A program made the position numbers and the translations under genes. A DNA stretch of 64,000 bases, from NCBI RefSeq assembly GCF_004010195.1, contig NC_057719.1:56244123-56308122 (forward strand), written 5' to 3'. The number at the start of each line of letters is the position of its first letter. The first letter of the stretch is position 1. This DNA comes from Chiloscyllium plagiosum. Taxonomy: Eukaryota. This document shows, piece after piece, positions 12,680-24,279 of the stretch. The notes under the pieces are model-generated. The model saw only the letters and a list, made by a program, of their open reading frames with translations, was not told where the DNA came from and searched no databases.

Positions 12680-14335
12680 GTCATAGAACATTACAGCGCA
12701 GTACAGGCCCTTTGGCCCTCTCTATTGCGCCAATCTGTCATACCAATTGAAGCCCATCTAACCTACACTATTCCATGTACGTCCATATGCTTGTCCAATG
12801 ACTACTTAGATGTACTTAAAGTTGGTGAATCTACTACCGTTGCAGGCAAAGCATTCCATACCCTTACTAGTGAGTAAAGAAACTACCTCTGACATCTGTC
12901 CTATATCTATCACCCCTCAATTTAAAGCTATGCCCCCTCGTGCTCGCCGTTACTATTCTTGGAAAAAGGCTCTCCCTGTTCACCCTGTCTAACCCTCTAA
13001 TTATCTTGTATGTCTCTATTAAGTCACCTCTCAACCTCCTCTCTAACAAAAACAGCTTCAAGTCCCTCAGCCTTTCCTCGTAAGACCTTCCCTCCATACC
13101 AGGCAACATCCTAGTAAATCTCCTCTGCACCCTTTCCAAAGCTTCCACATCCTTCTTATAATGTGGTGACCAGAACTATACACAATATTCCAAGTGCAGC
13201 CAAACTAGATTTTTGTACAGCTGTAGCATAACCTCATGGTTCCGGAACTCAATCCCTCTATTAATAAAAGCTAAAACACTGTATGCATTAACAACCCTGT
13301 CAACCTGGGTGGCGACCCGTGTACCTGGACACCGAGATCTCTCTGCTCATCTACTCTACCAAGAATCTTACCATTAGCCCAGCACTTTGCATTCCGGTTA
13401 CTCTGACTAAAGTGAATCACCTCACACTTGTCTGCATTAAACTCCATTTGCCACCTCTCAGCCCAGCTCTGCAGCTTATCTATGTCTCTGTAACCTACAA
13501 CATCCTTTGTCACTATCCACAACTCCACCAACCTTAGTGTCATCTGCAAATTTACTAACCCACCCTTCTACCCCCTCATCCAGGTTGTTTACAAAAATGA
13601 CGAACAGCAGTGGATCCAACACAGACCCTTGCGGTACACCACTAATAACTGGACTCCAGGATGAACATTTCCCATCAACCACCACCCTCGGTCTTCTTTC
13701 AGCAAGTCAATTACTGATCCAAACTGCTCTATCTCCCACAATCCCATTCCTCTGCATTTTGTACATAAGCCTACTGTGGGGAACCTTATCAAACACCTTA
13801 CTGAAATCCATATACACCACATCAACCAGTTTACTCTCATCTACCTGTTTGGTCACCTTCTCAAAGAACTCTAAGGTGTGTGAGGCACGACCTACCGTCA
13901 CAAAACCGTGCTGACTATCCCTAGTCAAATTAATCTTTTCTAGATGATTATAAATCCTCTCTTTTATAACCTTTTCCAACACTTTACCAACAACTGAAGT
14001 AAGGCTCACTGGTCTATAATTACCAGGGTTGTCTCTACTCCCCTTCTTGAACAGGGGAACTATTCCTGTCGACAATGACAATTTAAAGATAAATGCCAAA
14101 GGCTCAGCAATCTCATCCCTGGCTTCTGGGACTTAGCTATTTTCACAGTCTGCAGGATTTCTAATACCTCTTCCTTGTGAACCTCAATCACACCTAGTCT
14201 AGTAGCCTGTATCTCAGTAATCTCCTCGACAACATTGTCGTTTTCTAGAGTGAATACTGTTGAAAAATATTCATTTATTGCTTCCCCTATCTCCACTGTA
14301 TCCACACACCACGTCCCACTACTATCCTTGATTAG
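12680..14335 (-). mobile_element. CR1-type LINE ORF2 (RT), 5'-truncated, relatively well preserved
   Basis: ORFs with PGNYRPVSLTSVVGK, YMDFSKVFDKVPH, GVPQGSVL, KFADDTK and LERVQRRFTRM. Confidence 0.92.
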
Positions 14336-14356
14336 CCCTGCAAAATGAGCTGATTT

Positions 14357-14530
14357 AGGGCAGCATGATGGCTCAGTAGTGCTGTCTCACAACACTAGGG
14401 ACCCGAGTTCAATTTCAGTCTTGGATGACTGTCAGTGTCAAATTTGCACGTTCTCCACGTGCATTTCCTCCGGGTGCTCGGGTTTCGTTCTACAGTCCAA
14501 AGATGTGCAGGATAGATAGATTGGCTGTAC
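14357..14530 (+). mobile_element. Partial tRNA-derived SINE (HE1-like)
   Basis: GGGCAGCATGATGGCTCAGTAG head, box B-like GAGTTCAATT, TTTGCACGTTCTCC body. Confidence 0.7.
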
Positions 14531-14617
14531 AATGGGCCATAATGTTTTTAAGAAATGCTTTGTCTTTGACAAAAATATCCAAAAAGACTGATTATTCCAA
14601 TGCTCTCCAGCATCCCA

Positions 14618-16656
14618 AGCAGATGTTTGCAGGTAAAGGGACGGCTGGAAAATGGGAAGCCTTCAGAAATGAGAGAACAAGAATCCAGAGAAAGTATATT
14701 CCTGTCAGGGTGAAAGGGAAGGCTGGTAACTATAGGGAATGCTGGATGACTAAAGAAATTGAGGGTTTGGTTAAGAAAAAGAAGGAAGCATATGTCAGGT
14801 ACAGACAGGATAGATCAAGTGAATCCTTAGAGTATGAAGAAAGTAGGAGTGTACTTAAGAGGGAAATCAGGAGGGCAAAACAGGGACATGAGATAGCTTT
14901 GGCAAATAGAATTAATGAGAATCCAAAGGGTTTTTACAAAAATATTAAGGACAAAAGGGTAACCAGGGAGAGAATAGGGCCGCTCAAAGATCAGCAAGGC
15001 GGCCTTTGTGTGGAGCCACAGAAAATGGGGGAGATACTAAATGAATATTTTGCATCTGTATTTACTGTTGAAAAGGATATGGAAGATATAGACTATAGGG
15101 AAATAGATGGTAACATCTTGCAAAATGTCCAGATTACAGAGGAGGAAGTGCTGGGTGTCTTGAAACGGTTAAAGGTGGATAAATCCCCAGGACCTGATCA
15201 GGTGTACCCGAGAACTCTGTGGGAAGTTATAGAAGTGATTGCTGGGCCTCTTGCTGAGATATTTGTATCATCGATAGTCACAGGTGATGTGCCAGAAGAC
15301 TGTTTAAGAAGGGTGGTAAGGACAAGCCAGGGAACTGGAGACCAGTGAGCCTGACCTCTGTGGTGGGCAAGTTGTTGGAGGGAATCCTGAGGGACAGGAT
15401 GTACATGTCCTGAGGGACAGGAAAGGCAAGGACTGATTAGGGATAGTCACCATGGCTTTGTGCGTGGGAAATCATGTCTCACAAACTTGATTGAGTTTTT
15501 TGAAGAAGTAACAAAGAAGATTGAGGGCAGAGCAGTAGATGTGATCTATATGGACTTCAATAAGGCGTTCGACAAGGTTCCCCATGGGAGACTGATTAGC
15601 AAGGTTAGATCTCATGGAATACAGGGAGAACTAGCCATTTGGATACAGAACTGCCTCAAAGGAAGACGACAGAGGATGGTGGGTTGTTTTTCAGACTGGA
15701 GGCCTGTGACCAGTGGAGTGCCACAAGGATCGGTGCTGGGCCCTCTACTTTTTGTCATTTACATAAATGATTTGGATGTGAGCATAAGAGGTACAGTTAG
15801 TAAGTTTGCAGATGACACCAAAATTGGAGATGTAGTGGACAGTGAAGAGGGTTACCTCAGATTACAACAGGATCTTTACCAGATAGGCCAATGGGCTGAG
15901 AAGTAGCAGATGGAGTTTAATTCAGATAAATGTTTATTGGTCAGAGTATTGAGTGCAGGAGTTGTGGCAGGACATTGGTTAGGCCACTGTTGGAATACTG
16001 CATGCGCCCATCTGACGAGGTGGCCGAGAGGTTAAGGCGATGGACTGCTAATCCATTGTGCTCTGCACGCGTGGGTTTGAATCCCTCTCTCGTTGCTGTT
16101 ACCGACTATTTTCAATGTTGGAATACTGCATGCAATTCTGGTCTCCTTCCTATCGGAAAAATGTTGTGAAACTTGAAAGGGTTCAGAAAAGATTTACAAG
16201 GATGTTGCCAGGGTTGGAGGATCTGAGCTACAGGGAGAGGCTGAATAGGCTGGGGTTGTTTTCCCTGGAGTGTTGGAGGCTGAGGGGTGATCTTAGAGGT
16301 TTACAAAATTGAGGGGCATGGATAGGATAAATAAGCAAAGTCTTTTCCCTGGGGTTGGGGAGTCCAGAACTAGAGGGCATAGGTTTATGGTGAGAGGGGA
16401 AAGATATAAAAGAGACCTAAGGGGCAACTTTTTCACGCAGAGGGTAATACGTATATGGAATGAGCTGCCAGAGAATGTGATGGAGGCTGGTACAATCGCA
16501 ACATTTAAGAGGCATTTGGATGGGTATATGAATAGTAAGGGTTTGGAGGGATATGGGCTAGGTGCTGGCAGGTGGGACTATATTGGGTTGGGATATCTGG
16601 TCAGCATAGATGGGTTGGACCGAAGGGTCTGTTTCCATGCTGTACATCTCTATGAC
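14618..16656 (+). mobile_element. CR1-type LINE ORF2 (RT), 5'-truncated, with an internal deletion near 15930 and a tRNA insert
   Basis: KSPGPD, KSCLTNLIEFFEEVT, YMDFNKAFDKVPH, GVPQGSVLGPLLF, KFADDTK; tail ...CATCTCTATGACTC. Confidence 0.92.
16014..16095 (+). pseudogene. tRNA-Ser (anticodon GCT) retrocopy, probable pseudogene
   Basis: 82-nt GACGAGGTGGCCGAGAGGTTAAGGCGATGGACTGCTAATCCATTGTGCTCTGCACGCGTGGGTTTGAATCCCTCTCTCGTTG closely matches vertebrate tRNA-Ser-GCT with its long variable arm. The T-loop reads TTTGAA rather than TTCGAA and the acceptor stem has mismatches. Confidence 0.92.
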
Positions 16657-18059
16657 TCAACCAAAATTCTGCTACCTGTATCCTAACCTGTACAGGACCA
16701 GCTCACCCATCACCTCTGCACTCACTGATCTACATTTATTTCCTGGATTCACCAATACTTTGGACAAGAAGAGGAGAATTTTAAGCACTTCTATGATTTC
16801 TATTCTCCCCATTTTTGTGACTTCTTTCCTGCCATACAATCTTCAAGAACAGTGTTCCTCCAATGCTGGATCTGGTGTACTCTTGATTTCATTCACTACA
16901 ACTTTGGGAGTTGCACTTTCAAGATTCCCAAATTGCACCTTTAGAGAGCTTGCATTTAAATAGCACTCTCTAACAAAAATATACCTTGAGTGCTTCATGT
17001 GAGCATTAAAGTCTGATACACCCACGTTAGGGGATCTTAGGGCAGATGACCTATTTCTTTCCTATTTTGTAAAAGAAAATTGGTGCAAACTCAAAGGAGC
17101 CAGTTAGAAGACTGAAAGGATGGATTTTAAGGAAGTCACAAACTGAAGTTTAGTGTTTTATCAGCTGAAGGAATAGCTGTCAGTTATGCAGTCAGTAATT
17201 AAGATAGGGGAATAGCCAGAGAAGTGTTTGAAAATGATCAGACTTTTTAAAAAGTGTTTGCTCAACCAGGAGCTAATGTAGCTGTGTTAACTAAGGTTAC
17301 GAGGAAGGGTCACTCAACACGAAACATTACTTCGGATTTCTCTCCACATTCGTTGCCACTCCTGAACTTACAGCAATTTCTATTTTTGTTACTAAGATTA
17401 GTCACCCATCCTAATATCTTCTCATGACTTGCTGTCTGCTTTTAGTTATTTACACACTTCAACATTTTGGGACATTTCCCTATATGAAATTAATATATTC
17501 TAAGTAAACAAACTACTCTCCATAGATACTACCTGATCCTAGCATTCTGTTTTGGATATTGTGGGATTACAAGTTATTTCAAAACTTGATGTCCAAGCTG
17601 AAATTTGTATTTGGCTGGAACAGATACAACCACTGTTTAAATTTATCTTGAACAAAACTCAGTTTCTCTCCCTTCAAACATTATTTTTCCTATTAACAAA
17701 ACTTACAAGTATAAGTTAGAGCTTGAAACACTGGTTTATAACAGAACTGGGATAAGACATGGTGGTTTAGTATTTGCATGTTGGAAAAACAGCAATGTAT
17801 TTTTCATCCTTTTATTAATGTTTTCAATCCAGTCAAAATATTACATTAAACCTGACAAGTTATAGAATTTATCAATTAGTCTGGTATATACAAGTTATAG
17901 AAAGTGAACTCACAAAGATAAAATAAATATGAATTACATTTTAATCAATTCTAGATACCATATTTATACTCAATGCTGGCCTAAATAAAGGAACAATAAA
18001 CATAGATTGCAGTGTCATTTTTTTTTCCTGGTCTACTTAATTCTCAACAGATATTAACC

Positions 18060-19475
18060 TACAGTAGAAAACAGGAAGTTATAATTGGGAAAAAACATGA
18101 TAAACCAGTTAAATACATACTTTGGTTCTGGCTTCACAAAAGGAGCAAACAAATAGCATCCCAATACCAGTCAGATTACAAGATCCAGTGAGGGGGGGAA
18201 CTGAAGGAATTAAATATTTGTAGAGAAAATATTGGCGAAATTAAAGGCCAATAGCTCACCAACACCCGATAATCTACATCCATTACCAATACAATCCGCG
18301 AAAGAGTGCACTGGTGGTCATTTTTCAAGATTTGAGAGAGTATGAAACAGTTTGAATTGGGCAGCAGCTAACGTAACCCCACTATTTAAAAAAGGTATGA
18401 AAAACAGTGCATGGGATTGGAGTCAGTATACTGACAGAGAGAGAGAACTGATTGGCAAACAGAAACAAACAGTAGGAATAAACAGCCTTCTTCAGAGTGA
18501 CAACCAGTGTCTAGTGGGGTACTCGAGGATCAGTGCTTGAAAATATATTTTCATGATTTAGAGATAATATCTCCAAGTTTGCAAACAGTACAAAGGTAGG
18601 TGGAAGAGTGTACTGAGAGGAGGATACAGGGATGTTTGAGAGATTTGGATAAACTGAACGAGCGGGCAAGTGTATGGCAATGTAATATAATGTAGTTAAA
18701 GATGAAGTTATCCACTTTGGTAGAGAAAAAAGGAAGGCAGATTATCTGAATGGAAATAGGTTGAGAAAATGGGAGGTGCAACTAGACCTGGGTGTCATTG
18801 TGGACCAGTCACAGTAAGTATGCAGGTACAGCAGGCAGTGTACAAGGAAAATATGTTAGATTTCATAGCAAGAGGATTTGAAGAGGAGTAGGGATGTTTT
18901 GAGGCAGTTGTACAGGGCCTTGGTGAGACAACAGCTGGAGTAGTGTGTGCAGTTTTGGTCTGCTTTGAGGAAGGGTGTTCTTGCTATGGACAGAATGCAA
19001 CGAAGGTTTACCAGACTGATTCCATGGATGGCAGGACTATGTGATGGAGATTGAAGGTAGTCTTAACCAATCCATTCTATGAAGTTTAGAAAAATGATGG
19101 GAGATTTCACTGAAACTCAAAACTCTAAACAGACTGGTCAGGGTAAATGCAGGAAGGATGGTCCCAATGACCAGGGAGTCCAGAACTGGGTCTTACAGTT
19201 TAAGTGTATGCAGTCAGCCACTTCGTATACATGATAAATTCATCATCCCAAGAATGATGATGAGCTTGTGGAATTCTCTGCCACAGAAAATGGTTAAGAC
19301 CAAGTTGTTGCATGTGTTTTCAAGAAGGCATTAGATAAAGGTCTTAGAGCTAAAGGAATCAAAGGACATGGGGAGAAAGCAGGAACCGGGTACTGAAATG
19401 ATCAGCTATTTTCATATTCAATGGCAGAGCAGACTCAAAGAACTGAATGGCCGCCTCCTCCTATTTTATATGTTA
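18060..19475 (+). mobile_element. Decayed CR1-type LINE
   Basis: ANVTPLFKKG and SKFA-like remnants; tail GAACTGAATGGCCGCCTCCTCCTATT. Confidence 0.75.
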
Positions 19476-19584
19476 ATTGTTCATTGAAATTGTTCAGAAC
19501 AACTGGTTCTATCTTTTTATTCTCTTGCATACTTCAGCTGTACATACAGTTATAATTCCTGACTACTTTGTAATGAAAGCTGAG

Positions 19585-19880
19585 GGGAGGTGATGGTCTA
19601 GTGATGTTAATCACTGGACTGTTAATTCCAGGTTATGTCCAGGGATCCAGGTTTAAATCCCACCATAGCAGATGGTGGAACTTGAATTCAATAAAAATTT
19701 GGAATTTAGAGTCTAATGATGAGCATCAATACATTCCTCCAACAATCGGCAAAAAAAAACAATGTCCTTTAAGGAAGGAAGCTGCCATCTTTGCTATAGG
19801 TTTGGAGTTACACTAGGTAATGTTGCTGACTCTTAACTGCCCTCTGGGCATTTAGGATTGGCCAAAGTTTGGCCTCATCC
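19585..19880 (+). mobile_element. SINE-like repeat (second family; also about 25410-25590, 52310-52620 on minus, 52918-53430)
   Basis: tRNA-like head and shared core AATGTCCTTTAAGGAAGGAAG...GACTCTTAACTGCCCT recurring in the window. Confidence 0.6.
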
Positions 19881-21089
19881 ACGACTGTGGAAAAAGAAAA
19901 CGCCAGTTACTAACAATAACATGCTCGATTTAGCCAAGAAGAGAAACAAAAACAAAAACCACTGCCACTCGGCAACATCAATGGTTACTTCAGCTGGTTA
20001 AATGTGTGGGGGTATGGGGACAACTACAGTTTGTTTTGTTGCACACATGACGGAGAACTATTAAACATACAGAGCTATTCTTCAATTTGTTATCTCACCA
20101 TAATTTTACAGTTATATTGACTAATACTGTTTCGTACTCAGATACCAAATTACAAATTATTATATCTGCATATTCTGTACATATAAGCCTAAGTTACCTT
20201 TTTTCAGCACAACATGCTGAGTACATAGTAAAATTTAGCACTTCCATACTAACAGGTTTAAATGTCTTCCCATTTCAGGAGAAATATTTGCAGAATTCTT
20301 AAGATAGGGGCTGTATCTGAGAAAACAAAATGCAGTTTTGTTTATATGCAATTTAAAACATCAGTGATGATTCCGCTCTCATTTACTCCATCATCTCATC
20401 ATCTCATCTGAAAGACAGCATATTTGCTATTACAACATTTTAATCAGTACTGTACTAGTGTGTCAATCTCAATAGGTATGTCAGGAATGGGACTGGACCC
20501 CAAATAAGGAGGGCTCTTATGGCACAATGGTAGCTTCCCAACCTTGGGCTAGGTGGTTCAAGTCCCAACTACTCCACAAGTGCATAATAACATGCCTGAA
20601 CAGGCTAGTTCAAAATTTATCTAAACTGACCAAGGATCTTCACCTAAAATTGTTCTGCCTTGAAATGTTGCAAATGTGTTGTATATTTTAAGAATTTAAT
20701 TCTGTTCTAAATTTCTGCACTTGCAGTTAGTTTATTTTTACTTTAATTGTATAAAGTAAATATAAAATAACAAGTTTTTTCCAAATGAATTGCAAAGTAA
20801 AACAAATAAATCAAGTTAGTTACATCCCTATAAACAAATCAGAATACACACTAGGAGTCCACTTTATTACCTAATCTAAAGTGAATTTTTATTCCGCCAG
20901 ATGATCAATGCAGTGATAGATGATGATCACTAAAGTCCCATTTAAAAGTTACAAAACTTAAACACAGCTGAAGACAAACATGTAAACAAATTCATTGTCA
21001 TGTTATTTCACAGGAAATAACAATACTTTCATTGTTTTAAATCATCTAGATTTTCAAAGCTAATACTGGAGTGTTTGTGAAGATATCTT

Positions 21090-21121
21090 CTACATCTTTT
21101 GTATCATTACTTGGAATTTAC
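21090..21121 (-). CDS. TRAPPC6B: TRAPPC6B last coding exon (C-KFQVMIQKM-stop)
   Basis: Poly-T/gcag acceptor on minus; TAG stop; completes a 477-nt CDS. Confidence 0.95.
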
Positions 21122-21570
21122 CTGCAAAAAAAAAAAAGGGATAACTACTTCATTTGGGATATAAAAGCTCTTGCAATTATTTGTTTTAATTAATATCATT
21201 TTATCACTGTATACTAACAATCATACTCTTACCTGAATTTGAATACATCCTTGAAGTCAAACTAGAGTTTTCTTAATTTATTATTAAAAAACATTCAAGG
21301 AGAAAAAAAATACAAGCCAGAGGTAAAAGCAGACTTTTGGCCAAATATTCTAAAAAGATAACCAACTCTCTTCACTACATTTTGCCAGAATTCTGTTTGA
21401 TCACCAAAATTAGAAATTCTGATAAAGAGTATCAAAACACATGGATGATGATCAGCTAATCAAACAGTATTAACAACTGATGTGCAGCAACCCCTTTGCT
21501 CCAAGCAGTTGTAACATGAAATAAAAATCCTCAAACGCAGCAATTAATTTTAAGACACTAATCAACTTAC

Positions 21571-21664
21571 ATGCAGGCATTGCAGTAACTTCCACTGTCA
21601 CAATACTTTTAATTCCCAAGTTCGATAATGCACCTCGAACTAGTCCACAAGTAAAAGCCAAATA
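21571..21664 (-). CDS. TRAPPC6B: TRAPPC6B exon 5 (YLAFTCGLVRGALSNLGIKSIVTVEVTAMPA)
   Basis: ttcag acceptor, gtaagt donor, 94 nt; TRS33/TRAPPC6 motif CGL.RG.LSNLG. Confidence 0.97.
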
Positions 21665-22559
21665 CTGAAATAAAAGATATACTGTCAACCTCCTGTAAAG
21701 AATATTGCAAATCAATATTAAATTAAAAACTCAGTTAGTTCACAATCAAGTGTCTATTAAATTTCTGAGTGTATGAGACACAAGGTTACGCATTTCCAAG
21801 TGTACTGATATTGCTAAAGCTAGACAGTGCCACAATTTAGTGAGCATTCATGAAGAATGAGTTTGAAATGATTGTTAGTAGAAGATACATCTGAATCATG
21901 CCCCATGAAATACTGAGGTGCACAAATTTCTCACCTTTCAATATGATCTATTTGTAACATTATTTTGCCTGAATGGATGACTACACCATAGGCAATACTG
22001 CAAACACCCACCCCCAACCTGCGGCACATCCACACAATATGTCTTCTAGTTCTTGGATCTCTTAATCATAATTTTTGTCTAATACTATAATAACTTGCTC
22101 AATCAACCCATCACCATCACCATCACCCCCTTCTTATTCCTCTTCTCAATAGTCCTGGCCCACCGTATGTAAAACACTAAACCTTCCCCTGTGAGGGAAA
22201 GCATTGCTAATACATTATGGTCTTGTTATGCTTGCAGTTCACCAACCTTAATTAAGATGTTACTTGCACTTCATGTACACACCCCAACCCATCTTATTCT
22301 ATCTTGTACTCCCATCTAATCGCTTACTTCTGAACCAATTTTAAACATTTTTTTGCCTCTCTTAATTCTCTCCACTCTGCTTTCATCCTGGTGACCATCC
22401 ATTGAGAAAATAATTTAAGTCTTCGCCATAACAACAGATAATGTTTTACTGAAGACATTCCCCAGTCCCACTTCTTACTGGATGCAAACCTCTCGCGTAT
22501 CGCAATTCCAAAGTCCCATCCCCCCACACCATTTCTCCAGCCACACACAAAGCTATCTT

Positions 22560-23190
22560 GCTGTGGTTCTGTTCACCGAGCTGGAAGTTTTGTTGCAAAC
22601 GTTTCGTCCCTTGTCTAGGTGACATCCTCAGTGCTTGGGAGCCTCCTGTGAAGCGCTTCTGTGGTGTTTCCTCCGGCATTTATAGTGGCCTGTCCCTGCC
22701 GCTTCCGGTTGTCAGTTTCAGCTGTCCGCTGTAGTGGCCGGTATATTGGGTCCAGGTCGATGTGTTTGTTGATGGAGTTTGTGGATGAGTGCCAAGGTTC
22801 TAGGAATTCCCTGGCTGTTCTTTGTTTCGCTTGCCCTATATTGGTAGTGGAGAAAGTGAGGTCTGCAGATGCTGTATTGGTAGTGTTGTCCCAGTCAAAT
22901 TCATGTTGCTCGTCGTCTGCGTGTGTAGCTAAGGATAGCTGGTCGTGTCGTTTCGTGGGTAGTTGATGTTCGTGGATGCGGATCGTTAGCTGTCTTCCTG
23001 TTTGTCCTATATAGTGTTTTGTGCAGTCCTTGCATGGGATTTTGTACACTACATTAGTTTTGCTCATGCTGGGTATCGGGTCCTTCGTTTTGGTGAGTTG
23101 TTGTCTGAGAGTGGCTGTTGGTTTGTGTGCTGTTATAAGTCCTAGTGGTCGCAGTAGTCTGGCTGTCATTTCAGAGATGTTCTTGATGTC
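22560..23190 (-). mobile_element. Penelope-like element: GIY-YIG endonuclease C-terminus plus terminal repeat with hammerhead motif
   Basis: ORF 22615..23196 contains VVYKIPCKDCTKHYIGQTGRQLTIRIHEH; hammerhead core at 22595-22634. Confidence 0.9.
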
Positions 23191-23851
23191 GCGCATCTAT
23201 TTCATTTGTGCAATTATAAGAAAAAATCCACTATGGACAAAATAGGCATTTTCATAGCACTAAAAAATAAATTCAGGTTCTGACAAAGGATCACAAGACT
23301 GAAGCAGCTGAATTCCTTGCAGTGCCTGACTTGCTGGATTTTCAACACTTTCAGATTACCAACTGGAGCAACTTGCTTATTATGAAAAAAAACTTTAATT
23401 CAGTGCACAGTATAAAGATATACACAACATTTGGAGCTTAAAGCTCAGTGCCAGATCAGAAAGGACAGTGGCTGCACACGCACACAGAACTCCACCAAAT
23501 CTGCAAGTTTTCATTTTTCACAAATTCAGCAAGGAAATAAAAAAGGAAATAAATTAGTTTTGGTGCACGAAGAGCCTATTTAGCTCAAAAATGTCCTTTG
23601 AATGAGTATGGATGTCATCTTTTTTGACACCGACAATAAAAATAATTCATTTTTTCTGAAGTTAGGAAGTTCTGTCAAAGTCTTAAGAAACATTCAAGTC
23701 AGAGCTTCTGTAGAAGAAAAGAAAACTGCACGACATTCCTAAGCCAGACAATAATCTTGAAGGTATCAAGTGGCCGTTATGTAAATGGCATGAGAGAGCA
23801 ACAGAATTTAAAAAGGTACAATGAAGTGATTTGCTGTATACAATACATTTA

Positions 23852-24050
23852 GCTGTGGTTCTGTTCGCCGTGGTGGACAGGCCACTATAAATGCCGGAGG
23901 AAACACCACAGAAGCGCTTCACAGGAGGCTCCCAAGCACTGAGGATGTCACCTAGACAGGGGACGAAACGTTTGCAACAAAAACTTCCAGCTCGGCGAAC
24001 AGAACCACAGCAACGAGCACCCGAGCTACAAATCCTCTCACAAACTTTGA
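23852..24050 (+). mobile_element. Penelope-like terminal repeat (same family, opposite orientation) with a short inverted 5' piece
   Basis: Reverse complement of about 22560-22695; hammerhead core CTGAGGA...GAAACGTT at 23939-23972. Confidence 0.88.
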
Positions 24051-24279
24051 ACAAAGCTATCTTATCCTGATATTTCTATACTCAGGACATGCTACTGGAG
24101 GTATTCCAGACATTATTATCTTGGAGACCCTGTTTCTTAATTTCCTCCTGAGACACTTTTCAGATCCTCAACATTTCTCTTTCCTACATCACTACTTCCC
24201 ATGTGGACTATGACTACTGGCTGTTCTCCTTTCTCCCTCAAAAATATTGTGCAGCCTCTTTTTTTTGCCTAACACTAGG

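Noticed and set aside
14425..15348. Longest ORF (307 aa) as a novel gene
   Set aside because: Chance read-through from a SINE and spacer into a truncated CR1 ORF2; it ends in a frameshift.
16014..16095. Functional tRNA-Ser gene
   Set aside because: The B-box/T-loop C is replaced (TTTGAA), the acceptor stem has mismatches and it sits in a TSD inside a LINE. A pseudogene is more likely, though residual transcription is not excluded.
17300..17390. Additional hammerhead-like remnants (also about 23280, 25620, 36240, 44135, 59930)
   Set aside because: Core or stem nucleotides are mutated; these are old Penelope-type tails, not credible active ribozymes.
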